In this document: piece after piece, positions 8,340-15,819 of the stretch
Layout: the number at the start of each line of letters is the position of its first letter
Position numbering within the stretch: the stretch's first letter is position 1
DNA from: an uncultured virus (IMG/VR IMGVR_UViG_3300022552_000006)
Taxonomy: Duplodnaviria; Heunggongvirae; Uroviricota; Caudoviricetes
Length of the DNA: 20,000 nucleotides
Direction: 5' to 3' (one strand)
Virus record (IMG/VR): IMGVR_UViG_3300022552_000006
Notes under the pieces: generated by a model
Database searches by the model: none
What the model saw: only the letters and a program-made list of their open reading frames with translations
Told to the model about the DNA's origin: nothing
Made by a program: the position numbers and the translations under genes

Positions 8340-10190
8340 TTGCCCCTTCAACTTTATGCCGAATTCAAAAAAACATTAGCAGAAACTATCACTTTATCAG
8401 ACACGAAAATAATTAAAACAAGCATAGAGATGGCGGAGACAGCAACATTTACCGATTCATTGGCAAAAAAGTCGCAGGCATTTTTCAGCGAAACACTTGA
8501 TTTGACGGATTCGGTATATAATTTTGCTAAAATAATCATATCGGATTTAATCGACTTTAGCGATTCGATAGCTAAGCAAGCATCTTATAAAAAAGCTTTA
8601 AGTGATTTGTTAAACTTATCCGACAGCTTAAAAAGCATAAAATCCTTACATAAGGCATTTCAAGAAACGCTTGATTTATCTGATTTCATTATTACCAAAA
8701 CAACATATCAAAAAATAATTTCAAATTCCATAACTCTATCCGATCAGCATTATATCAGCGCCCACAAAGTCATAGCCTCTACTTTAATCTTGTCTGATGT
8801 CAAAAAGTTTTTTATTAATAAAGTTCCTATTCAAGATGCTGTCAATTTAAGCGACAGTACATCTAAAAAGCCACAGAAAGTCATGATTGATTCAATAACT
8901 ATAAATGACGCACTCGAAAAAACGCTTGCCGCAGTCCGCATAATTTCCGAAACCTTGGATATAACAGATACTTTCGATAGAATTGGCACTTTTTATAGAA
9001 GCTTTAGCGACAGTATATCATTTTCTGATTCAGTGGAAAGAATAAAATCATATATAAAAGAACTTTCTGAATCAATATCATTGTTAGATTCGGTTATAAA
9101 GACTGGAAACTTCACGCGCGTGTGGACTGAAACTATAGACATAACAGATACTGTTCCAAAGGACTTGAAAAGGGCGTATCATGAATCTATTACATTAAAC
9201 GATCAAATTGAAAAAGTTTTTGGCAAGTCATTTGTATTTACAGAGACTTTGAATTTAACTGATACAACGCGAAAATTCGCAAAGCACCCTATTACAGATG
9301 CGCTCACTTTGGTCGATAGTTTAGCCAAGAAGAGTAACATTACGCTGACAGAGAGTATGAATGTTGCAGATTCTGTTATAAAAGGGGCAGGAAAGGTATT
9401 GTCAGATTTTCTCGCGCTTTCCGATTTTATTGGTTTTCAGAAGACAATTCATATTGTGTTCACGGATAGCTTTTCAATCAGTGATTTCATTGTCAAAGAT
9501 ACCAGCATATATTTCATTGACTCTATTTTTATTACAGATACTATACCAAAAGAGTTTCACAAAACCATTATAGAGCTAATAAATTTTGTGGATTATGCAT
9601 CAAGGTACACAAAATCATTCTTATCGGACAATTTGGTTTTAATTGATGCATCATATAAGCGTACATCAACGCAGCTTAGCGATTCTATGGCTTTGTCGGA
9701 TAGCATAAAAAAGAAGCCAAGCAAATGTTTGTATGAAACAATAACACTATCTGATTATTCAATTCGCTTTAGCAATAAAGTGATTTTGAATAGCATTAGT
9801 ATAACAGACACATTCAGCAGGCAGCTAACAAAATTCATAACTCTTTCCGACACATTAAGCTTGGCAGATTATATTCAAAAAATAAAAATACAATTGAAAG
9901 TTTTACAAGAGAAGCTAACTTTGACGGATACAATCAATAAAACACCACTCATTGAGCTACTTGATACAATCAGTTTGTTTGATTTCGCATTTATACGCCC
10001 TCCAATCGAGCTTTTCATTGAAGCAAAGAGAATCAAACCAATATTAAGCATCGTGAAATCCGAAGATATGGCTTTGGAAGCTGGAGAAGTGGCTCCAGCA
10101 TTGGCATTTATGGAAAAAACCGTCGGAAAGATGATAAAAGCAAAAAAGCATAAGCCAGCTCTTGCATCCAGCGATAGAGAGGGGGTTTAA
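8340..10190 (+). CDS. Repeat protein with 29 copies of an [E/D]-x-h-x-h-x-D motif at 18-20 aa period; putative fibre or filament scaffold
   Basis: TTG start directly after the upstream TAA, with GGTGA at 8329-8333. Repeats ETITLSD, ETATFTD, ETLDLTD ... DTISLFD counted by eye. Confidence 0.75.
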   Translation: MPLQLYAEFKKTLAETITLSDTKIIKTSIEMAETATFTDSLAKKSQAFFSETLDLTDSVYNFAKIIISDLIDFSDSIAKQASYKKALSDLLNLSDSLKSIKSLHKAFQETLDLSDFIITKTTYQKIISNSITLSDQHYISAHKVIASTLILSDVKKFFINKVPIQDAVNLSDSTSKKPQKVMIDSITINDALEKTLAAVRIISETLDITDTFDRIGTFYRSFSDSISFSDSVERIKSYIKELSESISLLDSVIKTGNFTRVWTETIDITDTVPKDLKRAYHESITLNDQIEKVFGKSFVFTETLNLTDTTRKFAKHPITDALTLVDSLAKKSNITLTESMNVADSVIKGAGKVLSDFLALSDFIGFQKTIHIVFTDSFSISDFIVKDTSIYFIDSIFITDTIPKEFHKTIIELINFVDYASRYTKSFLSDNLVLIDASYKRTSTQLSDSMALSDSIKKKPSKCLYETITLSDYSIRFSNKVILNSISITDTFSRQLTKFITLSDTLSLADYIQKIKIQLKVLQEKLTLTDTINKTPLIELLDTISLFDFAFIRPPIELFIEAKRIKPILSIVKSEDMALEAGEVAPALAFMEKTVGKMIKAKKHKPALASSDREGV

Positions 10191-10193
10191 ATA
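10186..10193 (+). promoter_or_regulatory. Possible archaeal TATA box for the neck/tail genes
   Basis: TTTAAATA preceded by purine-rich GAGAGGGGG, about 35-40 nt upstream of ATG 10229. The AT-rich context makes a chance match possible. Confidence 0.25.
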
Positions 10194-10228
10194 TTCGAGA
10201 TAAAAAAAAAGTATTAGAAGGTGATTAA

Positions 10229-11173
10229 ATGGGAATTTTATTGAGATGGAGATTGCCAGATTTGGATGAAGTGACTTATAACAAAACTGTTATTTATAGG
10301 GCGTCTTCGCAAACCGGGACTTATACACAAATTGCTGTACAGGACATTTCTGATAATACATATTTTGACCAGAGTGGGGCTACAAGCAACTGGTATAAAA
10401 TCAGGTTCAGGGGAGGCAGCGCTGGAAGTTATTTTTATTCTGATTATTCAGATGCTATGCAAGGTGGGACATGGCGCGGTTATTGTAGCCCAGATGATGT
10501 TAGGCTGTTAGCTAATTTAAGCTCAACAGATATAAGCGATTCCACTTTATATGACATAATTACATTTGCTATGGCCCAGTTAAATCATGAAATAAACTCA
10601 AAAATAATAGAAGAGACTGTCGAAGAAATAGATTCCACGCGCGAAAACAAAATTGACGGGTCAAACAAAACATTTTATGTAAAAAAATCATTTGACTGGT
10701 ACATCGGAGACCTCGATGATGATGGAGATGTTGATACAGATGATATAGAAGTTTATGAATATGATAGCGATGGTAACAGAACACAGATGACAGTATCTGA
10801 AATATATCCAAATGAGGGCAAGTTTGTGCTTAGCTCGGCGCCATCGTCAGGAAGCACATTGAAAGTTACATACACCTATGCTCCGGTATCCGAAAGCGAT
10901 CCACATCCGTTATTGAGGCAAGCCTGTGCATACCTTGCCGCGTCTTTAGCCTACACGCGCATTGAAACTGGCTATTATGAAAAATTGCAGCTTGGTAAGC
11001 TTACATTGCAAAATATGACAAGCGGATTTACAAAGCATTTTAACCAATATCAAAGGATTTTGCACTATCTCAAGACAAGGATGCTCAGGAGAACAGACGA
11101 CAAGGATTTCTGGAGGAAAGAGTTTGTAACGCCTTGGACTTCAGACAAGACTGGGCGAATTGGAGTGAGATAA
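10229..11173 (+). CDS. Head-tail adaptor/connector (SPP1 gp15/HK97 gp6-like) with N-terminal FN3-like and inserted beta domains
   Basis: 'YCSPDDVRLL...IITFAMAQLNHEI' and 'HPLLRQACAYLAASLAY' are adaptor-like helices. N-terminal 'LRWRLP...IYRA...YFD...WYKIR' is FN3-like. AGGTGA RBS. Synteny. Confidence 0.7.
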   Translation: MGILLRWRLPDLDEVTYNKTVIYRASSQTGTYTQIAVQDISDNTYFDQSGATSNWYKIRFRGGSAGSYFYSDYSDAMQGGTWRGYCSPDDVRLLANLSSTDISDSTLYDIITFAMAQLNHEINSKIIEETVEEIDSTRENKIDGSNKTFYVKKSFDWYIGDLDDDGDVDTDDIEVYEYDSDGNRTQMTVSEIYPNEGKFVLSSAPSSGSTLKVTYTYAPVSESDPHPLLRQACAYLAASLAYTRIETGYYEKLQLGKLTLQNMTSGFTKHFNQYQRILHYLKTRMLRRTDDKDFWRKEFVTPWTSDKTGRIGVR

Positions 11174-11174
11174 T

Positions 11175-11621
11175 ATGGTATCTGCCGTAGTTCAACAATT
11201 TAGGGATGGATTAAGGCAAATTTTTAGCAAAGCTCAGGAAACAATAACATACCATTCAATTACGCGTGGTAGAGATGCTGATGACAATCCAATTGAATAT
11301 ATTACGCCATCTTCGGTTCAAGCTGTCGTGCAAATACTCAGGTTAGATGACATTACTGAGTATGCGGGTACATTGGAAGTTGGAGATGCAATGGTGTTTT
11401 TCAAGCATGATGCAAGCGTAAGTACCGAAGACAGGATAATTCACAATGGCGTCACCTACAGGATTATAGATGTCTTTCCTGAGATGGTTAATGGCGAAAC
11501 TATTTTTTTTCAGGCGCTCTGCAAAAGGGAAAAATACAAGCCAAGTGGAGAAGCCCATTATTTGAAAACGCTTTCTGAAAGCATGGAAATGGCTGATAGC
11601 GTAAGCGGGACAATCTTATAA
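11175..11621 (+). CDS. Head closure/stopper protein (SPP1 gp16-like)
   Basis: 'VSTEDRIIHNGVTYRIIDV' is a typical head-closure motif. Follows the adaptor gene. Confidence 0.7.
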   Translation: MVSAVVQQFRDGLRQIFSKAQETITYHSITRGRDADDNPIEYITPSSVQAVVQILRLDDITEYAGTLEVGDAMVFFKHDASVSTEDRIIHNGVTYRIIDVFPEMVNGETIFFQALCKREKYKPSGEAHYLKTLSESMEMADSVSGTIL

Positions 11622-11653
11622 ATTCGACTTGGGTAAATTGAATTAGAAACTGT

Positions 11654-11700
11654 GCCTCGCTGGAGGCTTATGCCGTTGGGCAATTAATCTCGCTGGAGAT
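11654..11700 (+). promoter_or_regulatory. Three tandem short hairpins with C-GYTG-G loops; the last contains the RBS of the next gene
   Basis: gcctc-gctg-gaggc (11654-11667), tgcc-gttg-ggca (11671-11682), atctc-gctg-gagat (11687-11700). Confidence 0.55.
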
Positions 11701-11703
11701 ATT

Positions 11704-12171
11704 ATGGTAAGCCTGAATACGTTAGGAGACGATGCAATTACATTTTTTAGAGATGTCCTTAGGCAAAATCTTCAAGATAAGCAAAATCCTCAGCGATCGG
11801 GAAGCGAATGGATTTATAAATCCCGTCCCGCGACCAAAGAAATTGACTTGCCATTTGTCATAGTAACCGAAAATAAGGAAGAGTCGACAAGAATAACCAT
11901 CGATAGGGCAAGTGTCAAATTGAGCAGTCCAGTAATTCGATTGGACATTCGCGTTTGGGCACACAAGATAAATCATAGGGATGAAATTGCCGACCAGATT
12001 GTTAAAGTGCTTAAAAACCCTGCATCTTCAGACGGCTCAAAAACTATAGCACAAAATTATTTTGTGTTCAAGCGCTATGAAAAATATGAAGAGGACGGCA
12101 AAATTGCCGACTTTCCCGAAATATTGCGCATAAAGAGAGTGATGATAGAATTTGCTTATATAGGTGGATAA
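11704..12171 (+). CDS. Putative tail terminator/tail completion protein (SPP1 gp17/lambda gpU-like)
   Basis: Pattern 'LPFVIV...RLDIRVWAH...RDEIADQIVKVL...KRVMIEF'. Located between the neck and tail tube genes. Confidence 0.65.
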   Translation: MVSLNTLGDDAITFFRDVLRQNLQDKQNPQRSGSEWIYKSRPATKEIDLPFVIVTENKEESTRITIDRASVKLSSPVIRLDIRVWAHKINHRDEIADQIVKVLKNPASSDGSKTIAQNYFVFKRYEKYEEDGKIADFPEILRIKRVMIEFAYIGG

Positions 12172-12172
12172 G

Positions 12173-12652
12173 ATGACGCTTACAATTAGAATAAGACTTA
12201 AAGGTATTGAAAAAATTAATAAAAGATGGAAACTGTTCAGAAAGGTAAGCCAATTAACCGTGCCAGAAGTGGACAAAATTGGCGATGCAATTACGCGAAT
12301 CGCGAAACAACTAGCGCCAAAGTTCGAATATGGTCTTAGCGAGGGAATTGAATATAGCGTTACATCCACGCATAACAAAAATTCGCTGTTAATAGAAAAT
12401 AATGTAAGGTATGCTTACTTCCAAGAATCAGGTTTCACACCACATTATGCGCCAATAACCGAATATGCGAAAAGATGGCTTGATGCTCATAGCACCGGTG
12501 CCAGTGGACATCAACCTGGAAAAAAAGGATATTTTTTCGTCAAGAAATATACACCTCACATTGATCCCGCAGTTGAGCTTGTGAGGCCTGATATTCCCCG
12601 TGTTTTAAAGGGAAAAGTTGATAGCATAATAGCAAAAATCGGAGGGATTTAA
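12173..12652 (+). CDS. HK97 gp10-like neck/tail component
   Basis: 'IRLKGIEKI', 'AKQLAPKFEYGLSEGI', 'NVRYAYFQESG', 'PHIDPAVE' match the gp10-like pattern. ATG 12173 follows AGGTGG; alternative GTG start at 12164. Confidence 0.7.
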   Translation: MTLTIRIRLKGIEKINKRWKLFRKVSQLTVPEVDKIGDAITRIAKQLAPKFEYGLSEGIEYSVTSTHNKNSLLIENNVRYAYFQESGFTPHYAPITEYAKRWLDAHSTGASGHQPGKKGYFFVKKYTPHIDPAVELVRPDIPRVLKGKVDSIIAKIGGI

Positions 12653-12895
12653 ATGAAATATAAGGTAAAAGTGTCTAAATGGTTTTTGGAAAACAAATCA
12701 AATCCAGATGCAAAATTACCAGTAAAAGTTAACGGCAAAATAGAACTTATAGGAAAACCAGAAGACGAAGTCATAACAGATAACATACAGGGAATAGAAA
12801 ATGACCCGAGATTTATTATCGAACCGGTCAAAAAGGAAAAGAAAAAAGAAGAAAAGCCAGAAAAGATTGAAATAAACAAGAAGGAGGAGATGTAA
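12653..12895 (+). CDS. Small lysine/glutamate-rich hypothetical protein
   Basis: 80 aa, GGAGG RBS, abuts both neighbours. Confidence 0.65.
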   Translation: MKYKVKVSKWFLENKSNPDAKLPVKVNGKIELIGKPEDEVITDNIQGIENDPRFIIEPVKKEKKKEEKPEKIEINKKEEM

Positions 12896-12896
12896 A

Positions 12897-13508
12897 ATGG
12901 CATTAGCAGCTGGAGCATGGAGTGAAACTGCGTTAGTAACCATAACAAAGTTGGGGAGCTCAAATGTTGAGTTTGCAGCCTTAACCGAGACAATAGACAT
13001 AGATATGGGAGACAAAGACATCGACCACATAGTTAATGTTAGCGGTGGAAGAATGGTAAAGAAAACTCCACAAGACATAACAACAATAACTTTTGAGGGA
13101 TACCCTCTCGATATTGATTCAACAAACGGTACAGGCGTTTCCCAAATGTTCGAAGGAGGGACATGGGGCACAACTGAACCACTTGAAGCGTCTGCAAGCC
13201 GTAGCCGTGACTTGTTCAGAATTGCAATATTGTGGACTGATGACACATCAGCAACATCTGCAGCTGGAGCAACTGCAACATCGACAAACTCATACAGAAT
13301 TGTGTTTGCACACTGTTGGATGACAAGCATGAAGCCAAGCTTTACCGACGGAGTCCTTAAGTTTACATTTTCGTTTAAGTGTCCGGCATTCAACCCGATG
13401 GGAACAGCCAACATAAAAGAGCAGTCAGGTGACGATACTGCACTAACAACATTAAACGATTATAGCACTTCAAATTATCCTCCAAGAGGAAGCTCTTACA
13501 CATGGTGA
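12897..13508 (+). CDS. Putative major tail tube protein, paralog 1
   Basis: 203 aa, T/S rich with beta pattern, strong GGAGGAG RBS. Lies after tail completion genes and before chaperones and tape measure. Confidence 0.7.
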   Translation: MALAAGAWSETALVTITKLGSSNVEFAALTETIDIDMGDKDIDHIVNVSGGRMVKKTPQDITTITFEGYPLDIDSTNGTGVSQMFEGGTWGTTEPLEASASRSRDLFRIAILWTDDTSATSAAGATATSTNSYRIVFAHCWMTSMKPSFTDGVLKFTFSFKCPAFNPMGTANIKEQSGDDTALTTLNDYSTSNYPPRGSSYTW

Positions 13509-13514
13509 TGAAAA

Positions 13515-14153
13515 ATGACATTAGCAGCTGGAGCATGGAGCGAGACCGCATTGGTTTCGATTGCATATTATGGAAATGGATCGCAATCTAACAATGATAT
13601 GCAGTTTGCAGCATTAACCGAAACGATAGATATAGATATGGGCGACAAGGACATTGATCAAATTGTAAGTGTAGCGGGGGGTAGACTCGTGAAAAAAGTG
13701 CCCCAAGATTTAACTACAATCACTTTCGAGCTTTATCCGCTTGACATTGATGCAAAAGGTGAAACAGGGATTTCGCAGATATTTCATGACATATCATCAA
13801 ACTGGGATTCTTCTGAACCGCTTGAAGTTTCGGCAACAAGAAACAGGGATTTATACAGGATAGCAATCTTATGGACAGATGATACAAGTGTTACGACAGC
13901 CAATGGTGCAATATCTTCAGGTAACAATGCATACAGAATTATATTTGCGCACGCATACTGTACAAGTTACAAGCCATCATTTACCGATGGTGTGCTTAAA
14001 GTAACAGCCACATTCAAAGTGCCCGCTTTCAATCCTAACGGCGTTGCAAACATTCACGAGCAATCTACAGATGGAACTGCAACAATAAGTGCATTGAATA
14101 CATACAATTCATCAAACTATAATCCAAATGGAAGCTCTGCTTACTCTTGGTAA
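13515..14153 (+). CDS. Putative major tail tube protein, paralog 2
   Basis: 212 aa, collinear with paralog 1: shared LAAGAWSETALV, FAALTETIDIDMGDKDID, RIAILWTDDTS, KPSFTDGVLK. GGTGA RBS. Confidence 0.7.
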   Translation: MTLAAGAWSETALVSIAYYGNGSQSNNDMQFAALTETIDIDMGDKDIDQIVSVAGGRLVKKVPQDLTTITFELYPLDIDAKGETGISQIFHDISSNWDSSEPLEVSATRNRDLYRIAILWTDDTSVTTANGAISSGNNAYRIIFAHAYCTSYKPSFTDGVLKVTATFKVPAFNPNGVANIHEQSTDGTATISALNTYNSSNYNPNGSSAYSW

Positions 14154-14192
14154 GACACACCCCAATAGGCAAGAAAGTGAAGAGGTGAATAG

Positions 14193-14888
14193 ATGAAACA
14201 ACCAAAAGTTTTAGTAGCCGCTCCAACATGGGAAGGGCATAAATACATATTGCCCAAGTATTTAAATAGAGTTAAGAATCTCGACTATGACAATTATTCA
14301 GTTTTGCTTGTAAACAATGGAAAAAGCAAGTCTTTTTCAAAGTGGCTTATAAAACAAGGTGTGAAAGTAATCAAAATTCATTACAAGAATAATATATTTG
14401 AAAGGATAACAGATGCCAGAAACGCGATAATAAATTATGTTCTTCAACATCCGGACATCAAATATTTGCTTAGCTTGGATACCGATGTAATACCGCCAAA
14501 AAATATAATTACCAAGCTATTGAACCATAAAAAGCCGCTTGTGGGGTCGCTTGTGCATGCTGGCTATTATCATAAAGTACCTTGTATTTTGAAAGACGGA
14601 TATTTGATTAAGAAAGGACAAAGAGGCTTGTCTTTTTATAGCTGGAAAGAAGTTGTTAAAATGAGGCAAAAGAAACCATTACATAAAGTTTGGGGAACTT
14701 CTGTTGCGTGCTTGTTAATACACAGAAAAATATTTGAAGCTGGAGTCAAATTCCGTTATACACCATATTTTCATGTGGGGGAAGATATATGGTTTATGTC
14801 TGAGGCCAACGAAAAAGGCTTTTCGTTTTATGTTGATGTCAGTAAGCGAATTCCCCATTATAATATGCCGAAGAGGGTGAGCAAATGA
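14193..14888 (+). CDS. Glycosyltransferase, GT-A fold (family 2-like)
   Basis: 'KVLVAAPT', 'VLLVNNG', 'DARN', DxD motif 'LLSLDTDV', 'ACLLIHRKIFE', 'GEDIWF'. GAGGTGA RBS. Confidence 0.85.
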   Translation: MKQPKVLVAAPTWEGHKYILPKYLNRVKNLDYDNYSVLLVNNGKSKSFSKWLIKQGVKVIKIHYKNNIFERITDARNAIINYVLQHPDIKYLLSLDTDVIPPKNIITKLLNHKKPLVGSLVHAGYYHKVPCILKDGYLIKKGQRGLSFYSWKEVVKMRQKKPLHKVWGTSVACLLIHRKIFEAGVKFRYTPYFHVGEDIWFMSEANEKGFSFYVDVSKRIPHYNMPKRVSK

Positions 14889-15169
14889 AAGAGATTGATA
14901 ATGTTAAACAATTTTTGAAAGACCATAAACCTGACTTGAGCATTTCGAGGGTTCCGAAAAAAACACTCGAAATTTTCAAGCAGCTTGCAAAAGACGAATT
15001 TGCAAACGATTATGGAATGACATTAAAATATCTTGTAGATTATGCTATTAGAGATGCAAAGTATATGGAGCTATCCCAAAGGCTTCTTATACTTGAAGAA
15101 AAAGTGTTAAGCGAAAAGAAAAAAACGATAAAAACACTATCGGGAAAAGTCATAAAGGAGGTGGAATAG
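14885..15169 (+). CDS. Putative ribbon-helix-helix DNA-binding protein with coiled-coil tail
   Basis: 'LSISRVPKKTLEIFKQLAKDEF...GMTLKYLVDYAI' has the strand-helix-helix RHH pattern. ATGA overlap with the GT gene. Confidence 0.5.
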   Translation: MKEIDNVKQFLKDHKPDLSISRVPKKTLEIFKQLAKDEFANDYGMTLKYLVDYAIRDAKYMELSQRLLILEEKVLSEKKKTIKTLSGKVIKEVE

Positions 15170-15170
15170 A

Positions 15171-15605
15171 ATGGATATTAGTAAGGAGGAAATTGAAAAA
15201 CTCAGAAAGCATATGGGATTGGCGCAAGAATTTAAAATCGGCAATGATACATTTCATTTCAAGCCATTGAATGCAGAAGACATTCCAGACCTGATTGAAA
15301 TAATAAGAGTATTCAAAAACGCTGCAGAATCAGGCAAAGAAGATACAACATGGCTGGATGCAATGGACAGGGAATCAATGCTCAAGCTAATCAAACTGCT
15401 TAAGAAAATGGTTAGCATATCTTACCCTGACCTTAGCGAAGAGGAAGTGAAGAGTTTTGTATCTGCAAACTTCATCAACTTGACAATAATAATGATGCAG
15501 ATAAACGATCTTGGCGCCAAGAATGTAAATAGAATACAGGAAAAGCTTGCTGAGTTGAGAAGCCGAAGAATGCCTAAGCAGGCGAAAGCAAATGGTGGCG
15601 CCTAA
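15171..15605 (+). CDS. Putative tail assembly chaperone
   Basis: 144 aa: 'EFKIGNDTFHFKPLNAEDIPDL' followed by helices. Located between tail tube and tape measure genes. GGAGGTG RBS. Confidence 0.65.
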   Translation: MDISKEEIEKLRKHMGLAQEFKIGNDTFHFKPLNAEDIPDLIEIIRVFKNAAESGKEDTTWLDAMDRESMLKLIKLLKKMVSISYPDLSEEEVKSFVSANFINLTIIMMQINDLGAKNVNRIQEKLAELRSRRMPKQAKANGGA

Positions 15606-15819
15606 GCTAAGAGAAATACTTGATAAGGCAAAGTCCAGAGATTTGGCAAGAATACATCACAACTTGATGCAGTATTATCAGTGCTGGATTCCTGTTGAAG
15701 AATTTAGAAAGATACCGATTCCCACTTTAATAGACCTGCTTGAATACATAGACCAAGATTTAAGCAAAATTCCTCCTTCAAAAATAGGTGGAAGGAGATT
15801 GTATGGTCGAAACAAGTAA
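15592..15819 (+). CDS. Small pre-tape-measure protein (second chaperone-like ORF)
   Basis: 75 aa. 'WIPVEEFRKIPIPTLIDLL' resembles the helical motif of gpT-like chaperone halves. Overlaps both neighbours. Confidence 0.55.
   Translation: MVAPKLREILDKAKSRDLARIHHNLMQYYQCWIPVEEFRKIPIPTLIDLLEYIDQDLSKIPPSKIGGRRLYGRNK

Noticed and set aside
8340..10190. CRISPR array or DNA tandem repeat in the repeat-protein gene
   Set aside because: The periodicity is only at the amino-acid level; there are no identical nucleotide repeats with spacers.
2992..13323. Alternative-frame + strand ORFs 2992..3195 and 13093..13323
   Set aside because: Fully nested in better-supported genes with no convincing RBS. The hydrophobic stretch in 2992..3195 is not enough to call a holin or spanin.
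12897..14153. Sheath plus tube pair of a contractile tail
   Set aside because: The two genes are paralogs of about 200 aa each, too small for a sheath, and no baseplate wedge genes are seen.
15541..15610. Programmed -1 frameshift joining the two tail chaperone ORFs (lambda G/GT style)
   Set aside because: No X XXY YYZ slippery heptamer is visible near the overlap. The second ORF is in the +1 frame, has its own ATG, and has an in-frame TGA at 15556-15558. A non-canonical shift is not excluded.
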